Origin: Octopus bimaculoides
Taxonomy: Eukaryota
DNA: 64,000 nt
Reading direction: 5' to 3'
NCBI RefSeq assembly: GCF_001194135.2
Contig: NC_068986.1
Span: 2,379,116-2,443,115, forward strand
This document shows, piece after piece, positions 13,780-44,039 of the stretch (position 1 is its first letter; each line of letters opens with the position of its first letter). Made by a program: the position numbers and the translations under genes. Below the pieces are notes generated by a model. That model saw only the letters and a program-made list of their open reading frames with translations. It was not told the DNA's origin and did no database searches.

Positions 13780-14600
13780 TCTAGAAAGTTTTACAAGTTT
13801 TTCTGGTTTTGAGAAGCCAAATTTCTCAAGATTGATATTCAGGCAGTGTGTTACATATCCCAGGCCCCAATAATTACTGGTATAAACGTGAACTTGTAAT
13901 CTATATAGAGTAACTGTAGATTTCTCAATAGCTCAGCGTAGGTATTCTCTTTTTCACTGATCTTCAGCTTTATGTTAACATCCGCTGGGCAGCTAATTTC
14001 TCTTCTTTATCCCAAATCATTATATCAGGTTTGTTGTGCTTACATTTTATTCCACCAGTACTCCCTTTTATTAAGAGTAGCTATGGCTTCCACCATACTG
14101 TGGATTTTTATTTCTTTGTCCTCGAGGTTAGCTTCCGACAGATTTCATTGTGGTGTGTCCTAGCTACAACATCACGTCTCATCAGTAGATAATATTGTGA
14201 TGACATTTTCGGACAACTGCTTATGATGTGGATGATATCTTCGGTGTTAACTTCGCAAAGTCTGCATCGGTTGTCACATTTAGCGGCTTTTCTTGCATCT
14301 CTGTCCCTTTTGTGCATCAAGTACTAGGCTGATATTTCCTGTTCCTGGATTGCAAACACATACTTTTCAAAGTGATGAGTAGCAATCTGGCTATTCGTCC
14401 ATGATAGACTGCCTTCATGATCAACGATACTATGGTCTCGGATCTTTCTACTAACATGTCCATGCATAGTCTTCTGCTCACATAGACTCATCCTTTCATC
14501 TGATGATACGTTGCGGTAGAGTCGTGCGACTTCTTCTGGCATGTATTCTAGGTTATCAGTCAAAGAATGTTGATCAAGGAGTTACCTTCTAAGTTTTATG
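13780..14600 (-). mobile_element. R4/Dong-like non-LTR retrotransposon 3' part: CCHC zinc finger plus restriction-like endonuclease
   Basis: MHGHVSR...FAIQEQEI, CRLCEVNTEDIIHIISSC, KHNKPDIMIWDKE, EKENTYAELL, IPVIIGALG. Confidence 0.8.
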
Positions 14601-15213
14601 ATGTTATCGGCCTCATGTATTCAAACTTGGTCAAGGGATGCACTTCGACACTTGGTTATTAAAAGATGATGCCGAAGGGATATGATACGACATTCTGGAT
14701 CGATGTTAAGCCTCTACTGCCTTATTTTCGTTTTAGGTAGATGCGCTTTACGTCACTGTTTATGTGGAAATTATGTGTGCTTGTTAGTATTTTTCGGGTT
14801 TTCACATAAATGGCTCGGATCTCATCAAGCGTCCAACCAAGCAGCCAAATGTTGGTATGAGTATTGGCACTGCAAATACTCACATGGGCCACTGTTTTAT
14901 TGAATGCAGAGAGTTCTGAGGTTCAAATTTTCTTTATTCGGCTGTAATATTCTTTAGTGACACGTGTTTTGTTACAGGTGCCATTGTAAGATATGGTTAT
15001 GTATGTATTATATATGTATGTAGGCACGTATGCTGCCAGCTCCTTTTTCCTCTTTCTTGATTCGATTAAATAAAAATACCAGCCAACTACTGTACTTGGG
15101 TATTATGGGCTATAAACCTGCTCCCTACTGAAATAATATTGTGGCTTTTTGCCGGTTAGAAATGTGTATTAAGGCTGCATATGTTGAGAGTTAGATTAAT
15201 TATCATGAGAGAG

Positions 15214-15253
<40 letters not shown>

Positions 15254-15275
15254 NNNNNNNNNNNNNNNNNNNNNN

Positions 15276-15346
<71 letters not shown>

Positions 15347-15914
15347 GGACGGACGGACGGACGGACGGTCGGACGCACAGACGCACGGACGCACGAACGA
15401 ACGAACGAACGAACGGACAGGCAGGAAGGAAGAACACAATATCAGAAGTCAACTTAGAGTAGCCTCCCTTGCATATAGTCATGTATTTCATCCTTTTGTT
15501 AACAAAACGAATCTTCTTGGACAGCAACCAACCATACATGAGAGAATATATAAAAGCTGCATCAAGAAAAAGGTTATCCTGTCCGTTTAATGTTACTTCT
15601 TGCATTTTGAAAGAAATTACGGACGAGATGAGAAAGAGACCTTTTAGTAATAATAGATTTGTTTTAGTCTAATTAGGAACAGAAGCCGCCATAGGAACTC
15701 ATTGATCTTCCTGATTCATCATGTCCAAGGGCTTTCTTAACCTTCAACTATTTTGTAGTTTAGCGACCTGTTTTATTGAATGGCAGAGAGGGAAGCGCTG
15801 TCTCGTAGCAAATTTGTTGAAAGGTGGGTGACTGTTGGAAAAATGGCCAGTATGAACGGACCAATTCTGAGGTTACACCTGTAAAAAAAAAAAAGGTAAT
15901 ATAAAAGGAGAAGG

Positions 15915-16152
15915 GGCTTTATACCCCTTTTATTTACTGACCAGGCTCCCGTGGCTTTTATGGGTTTTTCCACGTGTAACCTTTTAAGCGTCTCCCCCTA
16001 TTGGGAGTTTTATTTGTTATATCTTTCTCTGTTTTTCTTTGTTTACACGAACGTTTTCTTTTGGGACAAAACCCGTTGTAACCTTCGTTCTGTCTTTGTC
16101 CTTACATGTTTTTAATTTATATCAGCCCTTGTGGCCAATAAAACAAGAATCA
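15915..16152 (+). mobile_element. 3'UTR-only copy of the Tx1/L1-like LINE at 36.7-37.5 kb
   Basis: Colinear with 37252-37470 (GGGTTTTCCACGTGTAACC ... GCCCTTGTGGCCAATAAAAC). Confidence 0.8.
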
Positions 16153-16663
16153 ATTATTTAGACGTCCCTTACCTCTGTTTTGCAAAATACAAAGAACAAA
16201 AATAAAGCAGATTATTTTAATCAAACAGGAGCTAGTTTTGACAATGATATATATAGTGTGTGGTAAAAGGTTTACTTCTCAACTATATGGTATTCGGTTC
16301 AGTCACGCTGCAAGGCACTTTGGGCGAGTTTCTTCTAAAATAGCCCCAGACAGACCAAAGCCTTGTGAAAGTCATTTGGTACACGGAAACTAAAGGAAGC
16401 CCATGGTGTGTGTGTGTGTGTTTATATATNNNNNNNNNNTATATATATATATATATATATATACATAATAGATATAATAGATAAACATATATATATACAT
16501 ATATATACATAGATATATATACATATACACATATATATATATACATATACATATATACATATACACACATATACATATATACACATATATATACATATAT
16601 ATTCATACAGAGAGACTCGGTTGCTATTTCTAATATGCTGAGCAATCAGTTTAAGGGTTCTCG

Positions 16664-16890
16664 TAAGGTGGCGAGCTGGCAGAGTCGTTAACGTGCCGGA
16701 CGAAATGCTTACCGGCATTTTCTCTGTCTTTATGTTCTGAGTTCATATTCCCGCGAGGTCGATTTGCCTTCCATCCTTCCAGGATCCATGAAACAAGTAC
16801 CAGTTGAATATTGAAGTCGATGTAATCGACATATCCTCTTCCCCCCCCCCCTCCGAAACTGTTGGCCTTGTACCAAAATCTGAAACCAAT
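16664..16890 (+). mobile_element. tRNA-derived SINE family B
   Basis: Head GGCGAGCTGGCAGAGTCG...GAGTTCATATTCC and central GCCTTCCATCCTTCCAGG...AAGTACCAGTTGA. Reverse copies at ~5065-5215, 12925-13135, 23285-23470, 41390-41605. Confidence 0.8.
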
Positions 16891-17589
16891 ATTATTCGAT
16901 TGTCACGGGAAAGTGTACCAATCGTGACATCTGTTTATAATTAGTGTCAGGGGGAAATAGTTGCACCAATCACTATACTTGTCTCCCTTAGGGAACAGTT
17001 ACTTCCCTTGTTGGGACACAAATTTCAGTTCATTTTCAGTGTTTTGTTGACCTCTCCTAAACGAAGACATACATAATTTCTTTGTGTCTAATGGAGAAAC
17101 AATTAGTTTCGGCATTTTTATTGTCAGAAATAAATTATTTAATATTGTGTCAGGCTTGTAAGAATATTCTACTGAATTCTCATTCTGATATTTTTGTAAA
17201 ACAGTTCCCCCGGTTACTAACATCTTAAAAAAGGAATATTTTTCACATACTGTACAAAGATATCATAGCGTAGCCCAAAAGCCACGCCAAAATTTACTAT
17301 ATTTTTATATAGTAAATTGTAGCGCTGCATAGGGGCCACTCTATCCCTCCGGAAGCAGTACGGTATTTTCACTCTGATGAAATTTCAACCCTAATGATAA
17401 AAAAAGCCAGTACGTAATGTCTAGTTCTCAAAAATGTTCAACAGAGCAGATGAGATACTTTATTGTAGTCAACTTTCCTTGTTCAATAAATCGATGTCCG
17501 TTCCTCAAGTAGATACATTTAGTCAAGAGTGCAATATAACATGCCTACAGTTTGTTATGTTCAACTCCAACAGCATCTTGAATTCTTCA

Positions 17590-17950
17590 CGACATTATAC
17601 ACCGTCACCAAGCTCCACACACTAACAAGTTTCTCACCAAAACCAACATCCTATTGCTTCCGCACCTGCCCTATTCACCCGGTTTAGCACCTGCAAACTT
17701 CCATCTCTTCCCCAAGATGAAAATGCAGCTCAAAGGTCATTGTTTTAACACCATTGTTGAGATCCAGAGCAAATCGCCGTTCCTCAACTCCCTTATGAAA
17801 AACGTCTTCCAGACCGAATTTGAAAAGTGGCAGGCATGGGGATACTGGTGTATTGCTGTGCAAGGTGACTATTTCAAAGGAGACAATGCTAAAACCTGGG
17901 ATTTTTTATTAAACGTAACTAGTCATTGAACTTTTTGATACCACCTCGCA
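17590..17950 (+). mobile_element. Mariner transposase C-terminal remnant with 3' TIR
   Basis: HLPYSPGLAPANFHLFPKMK matches the YSPDLAP motif; ends in TIR-like GAACTTTTTGATACCACCTCG. Confidence 0.85.
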
Positions 17951-18033
17951 TTTCGTTTAAGTGTCTATAAACGTACCAGCATAACATCAACTACTTCCTC
18001 CATATCGGTTACACTAAGGTAGATTAGTATGTA

Positions 18034-18246
18034 CAAGGAGGTGTTGAAAGGTTCCTGGCTTTAAGGTATCATTAAAGGCCTAGTTGGAGGACCAGCCTTC
18101 TAAGTTCTTTTATAGGGTTTAGAAAAACTGAAGGACTGCTGCAATAAGTGTGTGAATCTGAGAGGGGAATACGTTGAAAATCATAATTAACTGATCCTCC
18201 TGTATTTTTTTTTACCTAAAACCAGGAACTTTTCAGTACCCCCTTG
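18034..18246 (+). mobile_element. Internally deleted mariner (MITE) with ~30 bp TIRs and TA target duplication
   Basis: TA|CAAGGAGGTGTTGAAAGGTTCCTGGCTTTA ... TAAAACCAGGAACTTTTCAGTACCCCCTTG|TA; internal KCVNLRGEYVE-like transposase tail. Confidence 0.85.
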
Positions 18247-18475
18247 TATATGTACATACATTTATAAGTCTATGTAGAGAGAGAAAGAGATGTAGGGTGC
18301 CATAGCTCATTGCTGTAAAGAAGAGAGATGTGTTATACATGATGTAATTTAAAACTTCAATGCTGAGTTCAAACTCTGACATATAAATTACTTTTTATCA
18401 AATAAATTTAATGAAGTAAGACAAAAACAACACTGACTGGTTGATGAGAATGACAAGAATTACTTTCTAGTCATC

Positions 18476-18481
18476 TTTATT
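18476..18481 (-). terminator. Candidate distal polyadenylation signal of KLHDC3 (3'UTR ~3.3 kb)
   Basis: AATAAA on the minus strand followed ~35-50 nt downstream by GU-rich GTGTTGTTTTTGTC; coincides with the edge of CpG depletion. Confidence 0.45.
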
Positions 18482-18718
18482 AGCAATACCATTAAAAAGT
18501 GAAACAAGATGAACCCTTTTAAAAACCTCAAATCTGTGTTTCACCAAAACAGGCACAGAAAACAAAGTAGATATGAAGTAACTTAGAAAATAATCCACTT
18601 ATACATATTTACAGAGATTGAAATACAAGAGGAGCAACACACAACTGCACACACATCAATAGTTAGTCAGAGGGAAAGAAAGATACACACACGCACACAC
18701 ATATACACACACACACAT

Positions 18719-18753
<35 letters not shown>

Positions 18754-20781
18754 CATTCATGCATTCACATACACACATACTTCAAATACACCAGTTTTCA
18801 CTTTGAATAAAAGCAGAATGGTCATTTTCCTATATGAAATCCTCTTTCAAAAATGTCACCTGATTATACAATGGAATGATGTATGGGAACAAAAATGTGG
18901 GCGCATTATGTAATATGTGGTTGCCACAAAGCAACCAACTTTGAGCAGGGGTGCGCAGGTGAAGCCTGACTGCAGTAAAATATAAGGAGTGCTGCACAGA
19001 TTCATAGCAGTTGTTGTTGATGTTGTTACAGCATGAGAACAGAGAGAGAGAGTTACTAATAAATGTAATTAACACACAGAAGTAATTTTCTTAAATAAAA
19101 ACAAAAAACATTGAGAAAAGTAAAGCATGACTGAGTATTACAGGCAGAGAAAAAGGAAACATTACTGACCATTTCAAAAGAAAAAGAAACATTTTGTTAG
19201 CAGAAAAATAAAACAAATAAGAAAGAAAAAAAAGCTTTAGTTATCAGCACAGAGAGAAAAAAAAAAGCTTTAATAAATATTTTAGAGAAGTTTCTTTGAA
19301 TTTTTAATAACAAAAAAAAATGTTGCAGTTTGAGATAAATAAAGGATGAAAAAAAGTCGTTTTGAAAATAAAATGAGGAAAAAAAAAAATCGCAAATGGC
19401 GGTAAAAGAAACAAAAAATTATAAAGCCCAATGCATTTCATCAACTGCTTTGTGATAGCAGGGATTGAATAATTTGTAGCTAAACATTTGTGACTGTTAG
19501 CACTGTCTGTCACCAAAGTGGACCTTTGGAATCGTCTGTGACCATATTCCTCAAGCAGAAATATTAATTCCCTCTTCTAGGTCTTCACTAATTGCAGATG
19601 AAGGTCGAGTTTGTTTTTCTGTTGGAATACAAAGATTATATTGTGAGTGAGAGGTATCAACTGTCTCGTCTTAACTGCAGCAGCAAAGGAATAAGCTAGC
19701 AGTCGCAGCAGTTCAAATCGCTGAGAATTGAAAGGTTACCAGCTGGCCAAATAAGAGACAGAAATACTTGACCAACTTTTGATTTACTATTTGACCTATT
19801 GATGGTCAAACAACTGACCAGTTGGTATAACACTTAACCCATTTGATTATCAATTGTTTGACCACTTGATGAGTGACCATTTGACCAACAGATATTTGAC
19901 AAGCGATGATCAATCATTTGATAATGTGTATTTGACCAAGTAATTCTCTCTCATTTGCCCACTCGATGGTCAAACATTTAATATTAGAATATCAAGTGTT
20001 AATGATATCACATTTAACCACTTGATGGTCTAAGCAATTAACTGATATATTGTCCAACCAGCTGATAATCTCTATCTGACCAAGTGATATTTTTGTTATT
20101 TGACAAGTTGATATCAGTGGTCTCTATTTGACCAATTGATGATCTATTGTTGTGAATTACTGGAACAGTTAAGGTCAGATGAATTAGCATGACATACAGA
20201 AGTAACTTTTGACCGAAACCACTGAACTACCAAACATCTGAAGTCAACCAAAATTATCTGCAGAAGTGTTTCTTCTTCTGCAATGTAGAATACAGAGGGG
20301 AGGGGCAAAAAATAAAAAGTCGAGGGGGAGAGAGAGAGAGAGGCAGACAAGAAGAGAGAGGAAATAGAGTATGGGAAAGAATGAGGGGAAAGACAAGTAA
20401 AAGGTTAAGAGAGAAGCTAAGCTAGTCGAGAGGGAAAAGAGTAGACTTATAAGAGATAAAAAGAGGCCATTAGTTAAAACTGAAATCTGAAAAGCATAAG
20501 AAACCAAGCTAAGATGGAGAACCAAAAGATTGCTCTCATTCGAAGCACTCTAGCAGAGAAATCAGGAGCATAGAGATGAAGGAGGTTTGTGTTCAGTTGT
20601 GCTTTAGCATTTATCACAGTGTATTAAATCAAACCTCATTTCCCCTTTCACTCACTCACTCACACACTTTTAGCTGGAATAGCTAATAAATACACGCAAG
20701 TGTATGTGAACATGCAAGCATGCGTATACAAATGCATGAGAATGTACACACAAAAGCTTTCTTACATGCTTCAAAATATAT

Positions 20782-20821
<40 letters not shown>

Positions 20822-21048
20822 NNNNNNNNNNCACACACATATTATACACACACACACATACATACATTCCCTTTGTCTCTCACTCTCTCTCTTTCTCTCT
20901 CACATGTATATAGACATACAATTGCATGTAGACAAACATGTAGAGACAGAAGAAAGGGGTAGGTCTGCAAATGTTTTAAATTAATCACGCCATTAATCAC
21001 GCCTCAAATCTGATGGAAACAAATTGCACACACACACACGCGCACACA

Positions 21049-21093
<45 letters not shown>

Positions 21094-21123
21094 AAGTGTG
21101 TGTGTGTGTGTGTGGTGTGTGAA

Positions 21124-21171
<48 letters not shown>

Positions 21172-21191
21172 CGTTTATGTGCTTGAGTGTA

Positions 21192-21237
<46 letters not shown>

Positions 21238-21806
21238 ATGTGCATGTGCACATGTGAATGCCCACATGTATGTTGTGCATGCAAGTATATATTTGTGTGA
21301 TTTCAGAGTTCAGTCCCTGCCCCTTCACATTAAAATGGCACCCTAAACCAAACTGCCACGATAATAGTTCTACATCTCTAACAAATTTACAAGTCAACTC
21401 TTTCAAATACATTTGGGCTTTGTTGTTGTTATTTCTTTATCTGAAACTTTTTTTTTTTTTTTCCTTCCATCAAATTCACAAGTCTTTTCTTAATAGCCAG
21501 CATCGTCTCCCTTCATTTCCCTACTCCATGTTTCTTTTTTTATTCTTTTTTTCTTTGTACATTCCAAGTATTTACCATATTGTTTCGGTTTTCTTTGAAT
21601 GTTTACCTTCTTCCAAAATTCCTTCACTGTGGCAAGAGATTTGATCAGTTCCTCAACAGCATTAAAAAAAAAAAAGTTTAAAAAATACAAATAAAACAAT
21701 TACAGCTGTTTCCAAAATTCCAATGTCCACTGCTTGGAGAGAAAATCCACCTCTGCTAGTTTGGTTTTTCTTTCTTTTTTTCTTTCTTTCTTTCTAAGTA
21801 GAGTTC

Positions 21807-38568
<16,762 letters not shown>

Positions 38569-38628
38569 GCTGCAATATCGTTCAGACCAATAAAAGTATG
38601 GAGAAAACCGCTTTAGGTAGCGAGGTTG
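38569..38628 (-). other. KLHDC3: 5'UTR part of the ATG-bearing KLHDC3 exon
   Basis: Strong acceptor TTTCATCTTTTCTGCAG ending 38629, 60 nt upstream of the ATG, implying at least one upstream non-coding exon. Confidence 0.7.
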
Positions 38629-38702
38629 CTGCAGAAAAGATGAAAATGAAATTAATGTATAATGTGATAATTAATTTTACACGGATAGACTCCGCTATTA
38701 TG

Positions 38703-38760
<58 letters not shown>

Positions 38761-39815
38761 GACGAGAATCAAGTCAACGGAAAGTGAAAACAAAAAGGGA
38801 GATAACTCTAAAGGACACGGCTTTAAATAATGCCAAGCATTTTTTTTTTTTTTCTTTTAAAACAGTTTGTCACTATTTCATACAGAGACATTAATAATTT
38901 AAATACAATTTGTCGCTTTTATACCACTTTTACGTGATGTAGAAGTATACAACAGTGTTACTAATCTTCAATAACCAGGCAACTTACCTAATTCTGCTTA
39001 ATATCGGCTTCAAAGGTAATAGAAGCAAATATGTTAGGATCACTTCCTTCGCTTATGAAAACATAACTTTTGAAGATTATCGTTAATAAATAATATATTA
39101 CTTATCTAAATGCCTCTATCGATATTTCAAAGAGCTAGCTCCCTTATAAATCTCCCTTTAGTCAAGCAACAATGAATTCATGCCCTCATGACTGACATGG
39201 GAAGCTTCTGGCAAAGCTGTTCAATTATTGACTATCTGTCATTAATCATCTGAATAATAAAAGGAAATATTAAAAAGAGAAAGACACCTTCATATGATAT
39301 CGTTCCATAGCAGCGTCTGTTGACTAGACGTTCTCTAATCCTCGCTATCAAAGCTTCAAGGCGTTTATTTCTATCAGAAACCCAATTTTTTTTCTAAATA
39401 ATTTTAAAAACTAATAGTAATCCCTCACAATCATACGCATGCAACCATTATCCAGCTTTCCTCCACTTCGCACGAATATTATCCACAACCGTCGAGAGCA
39501 AAGAAACCCACAACACGACATCGGTGGTTAGCTGAGAAGTTCGCTTTCAGGGTCGAACCCGTTTGGGTTATAAACATTTGATTAATGGAAACTGGTTAAG
39601 TACATCATGTACGTACGTACATACATACAATTGTGTGTGTAAATGAACACGAACATACCTATGAATGTACGCATGCATGCATGTGTATTTATATCTTTCG
39701 TCGATAGCTATCGGTTTAGGATATAAACAATGTCGAGGAAACTGAAAAACCAGTAGTTTTCAAATGCTGTATCTTGCTATACTTGTTCCGTACCGAGCTA
39801 TGAACACTCGCTTAC

Positions 39816-39853
39816 CAGTCCAGCTGTGAACTAGTGACCGGCCCATTAGAAAC
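39816..39853 (-). other. Candidate non-coding 5'UTR exon of KLHDC3
   Basis: TTACAG acceptor (AG at 39855-39854) and GTAAGC donor from 39815, within a CpG-retaining region. Confidence 0.45.
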
Positions 39854-40298
39854 CTGTAATCAACGACACTATTTACTGATTGCGATAAAAATAAATAAAT
39901 AACATGAAAAACGACTAAACCTCCTCGTATTTCTTCCAATTTTTGATGATGTTTCATATAATCTACATAATTTTCATATAACCAAGATTGTGATAAATGT
40001 TTGACTAACCTTTGACAAAACAAAAAGTACTTCAACCTTAAATAGTCATCAGTCATCACAAGACGGATATTCTTTCCACCCATATGCTCTTTGGACAGCA
40101 GACTTCACCTCTCCACAAATATAATACATCTAATTGATGTCTTTAGTAAAGCCTACACTGTTGTAAGCATTCTAGTTATGTATCCAGTTTGAAGATACCT
40201 TTCTCTTTCCCTCTAACTAGTCTTGGAGGCATTATAAAGGGTCAAGGAACACTTCCTTTTTGCCTGAATAATTAAAACCTTAACTACAATGCACTTAC

Positions 40299-40370
40299 CC
40301 TTGTTTGTTCACAATCAGGATCAATTTTTTTTTTTAATAGATTAACCACCTTTAAGTAAGCCTTCATTTG
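40299..40370 (-). promoter_or_regulatory. Candidate first exon/TSS region of KLHDC3 (upstream boundary uncertain)
   Basis: Strong minus-strand donor AAGG|GTAAGT near 40298 at the upstream edge of the CpG-retaining block. Confidence 0.3.
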
Positions 40371-42409
40371 CAAAACGACAATAATAAGCATTTGAAATGA
40401 GGTAAGGTGGAATCAAGAGGTTTTGCGAACCCTTTTGCTGTGAGATCGAAGCAATTGATGCTGAGCTTAAACAATTGTAGATCAGGGTTGGCGGGTAAGA
40501 AAAAAAAAAAAAAAAAAGCGAGTTCAGAGAAGGAATCCCTTAGAAAATGTTTAGTGAATGATCACCAAGAAATGATACAAATGGTGACAGTTGCTGGCTC
40601 ACAAGAATGTCTTTGTGGAGCTAGGTGGAAGGAATATCCAGATATCTTGTTCAGAAAATCAAAAACCATTGTAAGTCTGTGAGTGAGTGATTAAAATGTA
40701 TTGTTGAATGAAACGTTACTTATCATTTGAATGAATATTGGAATCAGTCTAGAATAGTGATGTTTGCACAACACTGTTCTAAACTACCATGGCCTGCATC
40801 ATTTCTTATTAGTACAGAGAATTGTTGCTTCCTGTACCTCTTTATAATTTCTCCAATCATTACACACTGTTCAGCAAGTTTTCAATTGATAAGTAACTAT
40901 TCTACTCTGTCTCTATACGAAACTCTTCAAAACTCATCTACAAACACCTTTACTAAATTCATTCTTACAGAAAAATTACAATCTTTATTAGCTGTTTCCA
41001 GAATCCTCCACCACAAAAGAAATAATTTTCATACCATTATCATGCAACTTTTGTTTAAAATATAATATAATTACGATGAAAGTAAACAAAGTTTGTTTTA
41101 GAAGCATTGGGATGTATTGAAAGATAGAGGAATAAATTTTTTATTCTCAAATGCATGATAATGCTAATAAATAGCGTGATCAGGATAAATTATCCATACA
41201 TTGCAGAAAAATACGCTACCGGCCAGCCATGATTCATTTTGTTTTAAATGTATTTCATTCAACCTATTCTAATTCTTAAATATACAGCTGTTCTTCCACA
41301 AACATCAATAGTTAGCATGCTGACACAGTAAATTGCCCAACAACCTAATAGAGCTACTGATTTCCTTTTATAACAATACTTTAATATTAGTTTCAAATTT
41401 TGTCACAAGGCCAGCAAGTTTGGGGGAGAGTGGTAAGTCAATTACATTGACCCCCAGTACTCAACCGGTACCTATTTTATCAACCCTGAAAGGATGAAAG
41501 GCAGTGTTGACCTTGGTGAAATTTGAACTCAGAACACAAAGATGCAAGAAATGCCACTAAGCATTTTACTTGGCATGCTAATGATTCTGCCAGCTCTCCG
41601 CTTTACAATACCATAATATCAGATGTCCAAAGATAACATTAAAAAAAATAATAACGGAGCAGCCTAAGCCAAAGAACAGGGTTTCATACAATCCATCATA
41701 TTGGACTTAATGCGTCTGTAGGTAGACTGCTGGTCTAAACTAATTAATAAGAGATTAGATAATTCACAGAGCTGTTTTAAATTTTAGCCTATGTTTAATT
41801 ACATGTAATCAATAAAATTACACAGGAAACATGTAGCAAAACAAAACCAAAATATTTTTCCTTTTATCTGTCAGTTTTTTTTTCTTTTGTCATAATGAAA
41901 TTGAAGATTGAAATACAACTCAAAATGAATTTTGCTATGGAAAAAGATATCCTATTGATATGTATTTTATCAAACCCATTTCAGATTACAGAACATAATT
42001 GTGAGTTTCAAGTTAGTACATTGAAGCCTATGTTAAATACTATACTAAAAGCTATAAAAGCATATAATGTAATAAAAATAAGCAGACAGGTCAAACCAAT
42101 AATGTTTCTGATTGGTAGCATTAAATATTAATGCTGTTCATATTCTATGCAAGGTGAAATAATGTGGAATGTTGTTTTTAGTGAAATACAAAAGTAATAT
42201 GAAATATAAGCATTAAATTAATATCACTGATGCATCACAAAGGCCCAAGTTTTTCCAGAGAGGAATTAACAGAAGTGAGAATTAAAATGGCTTCAGCAAT
42301 GAAAATGTCACTATCTGATTCAACAGGACATTACTTCTGGTAATATAGTGCTAACAAGCAATTGCATTAATATACATAATATACACCATCATTATCATCA
42401 TTTTTATGA

Positions 42410-42800
42410 CCAACTTTCTATGCCGGGATGGGTTGAACTGGTTGTCACAGTCTAAGTCATCTGTTATTGAGAGTTGCCTCTTTCTAGTGAAACAACTTCA
42501 GAAGTACTTAACTTGGAACAAACCCCAATACCTAAGCATTTGTCAGCTTGGAAAAGCCTTTGACAGGGTTCCACACTCAGTAATCTAGTGGTCACTAAGG
42601 AAACTAAGAGTAGAGGTATAGCTTGTGAGGGCTATAAAAAAAATCATGCATACAGGTGAAGTCAGTAATGAATTTAGTGTGCAGGTAGAGCTCCACCGAA
42701 GCTCAATCCTCAGTTCTCTTCTGTTTATCAAAGTCTTTCAGGCCACAATGGAGGAGCTTAAGAGCAGCTGTCCAGAGAAACTCATATATATTTCCACAGT
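42410..42800 (+). mobile_element. Degraded RTE-type RT fragment
   Basis: LGKAFDRVPHSVI and EFSVQVELHRSSILSSLLF resemble KAFDRVP and GLHQGSALSPLLF. Confidence 0.7.
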
Positions 42801-44039
42801 ACAGCTAATCTTATTAATTTAAATATACTGGACCTAAGGAACAAGCTCAGGAAAGTAAAACAGCCTTGAATTGAATTGCAACATAGAATTCCTCCTGGAA
42901 CAATCACAACAAATATTAAAATTTTGTTGATCTAAAAGTATTATAAAAAATTACCGAGCATAAAAACACAAATAATCTACAAAGTCAGCTATTTTTTAAA
43001 AACATATTGTCAAGTATTTACCTTGTAATTATTGATTTTTATCATGACACAGCCTCCCCACCACTGCCACCACCACCACCATCCTTGAAGAATATGCTCT
43101 CATAAATTACAACTGAATATATGCAGAGCAGACAATTTAAAACCCACTTTATCTGTTTACAAAGACAAGTAAAGCAGGTATTAAATTGTTAGACACACCA
43201 TCTGTTTTTACATAACAATATAACTGTCTCTGTTATGGTAAAAATATCAAAGAATTTTTTTTAGTTGGTCTTCCAACATTGTCATAATTCACTATGTCCA
43301 ATTATAGCAGCAGACATATATTCCTCTACTAATTCTTGTTACTTAACATTATATCAAAAGTAAAACAGAACACCTGAGAGGCTGATATGCTGGGCCAAAT
43401 ATGCTAAATAACAAATTCAAACCTTACAACTACAGTCATTGTATGTGTTCTTGATAAATCAGAGCACTACTTATCACGGCTTGCCTAACTGGCAAAAATT
43501 TCACTCCTTCACACTTCACAGTTAAGTAAATAATAAAGGAAAGGCAGCCAACTATAAACAGCTACTCCAATATTTTGTGAATGTCTAAATTTCCAAAAGC
43601 CTTTCCTCTATATCATGGGAAAATAGATGTAAAACAATGAATAAAATTCTTTTGGAAGAGGAAGCAATTGATGTAGCAGATAACATCTCTACCTTCCTAA
43701 TTACTTTTGTAGTTAGTCTGCTTTAAGAATTCAAGATCTTTTAGATTATGTATAAAATGCAGCCTTTGTTTTCCTAGGCCAAACACAAACATAAGTTACC
43801 ATTAATTGGGACTACTTTTCATTAATCACATATCCTTTTGAACTACCTGTTAAACCAAATGTATTTGCATCTCATTTTTCCTCACCTTATGTTTTTACTA
43901 CCTGACTATTTTCTCACCTCATCTATACTTAATCTTTCAGAGGAATTCCAGAACATCTAGAACACGCAGAACACACACAGGTACAGAAATGTTCATTGTT
44001 GCCAAGAGGTAACAGTCGTTTAGTACACCTTACGTTAAC

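Noticed and set aside
6212-17318. Short perfect hairpins (6212-6241, 11815-11838, 17291-17318; 9-12 bp stems)
   Set aside because: Stems this short are expected by chance in AT-rich, TE-derived DNA.
18830-19075. Exon-like ORF in the presumed 3'UTR
   Set aside because: No homology recognised and weak splice sites; more simply UTR sequence.
39760-40083. 107-aa minus-strand ORF (MGGKNIRL...)
   Set aside because: No recognisable domain; it runs through an intron-like T-rich tract and a candidate UTR exon in a different frame.
40407-40682. Plus-strand ORF with donors at 40495 and 40671 (possible head-to-head gene)
   Set aside because: No recognisable product (not MEA1-like). The implied intron is only ~60 nt, and CpG drops right after 40.7 kb, unlike the several-kb CpG-rich 5' end of KLHDC3. 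Cannot be fully excluded.
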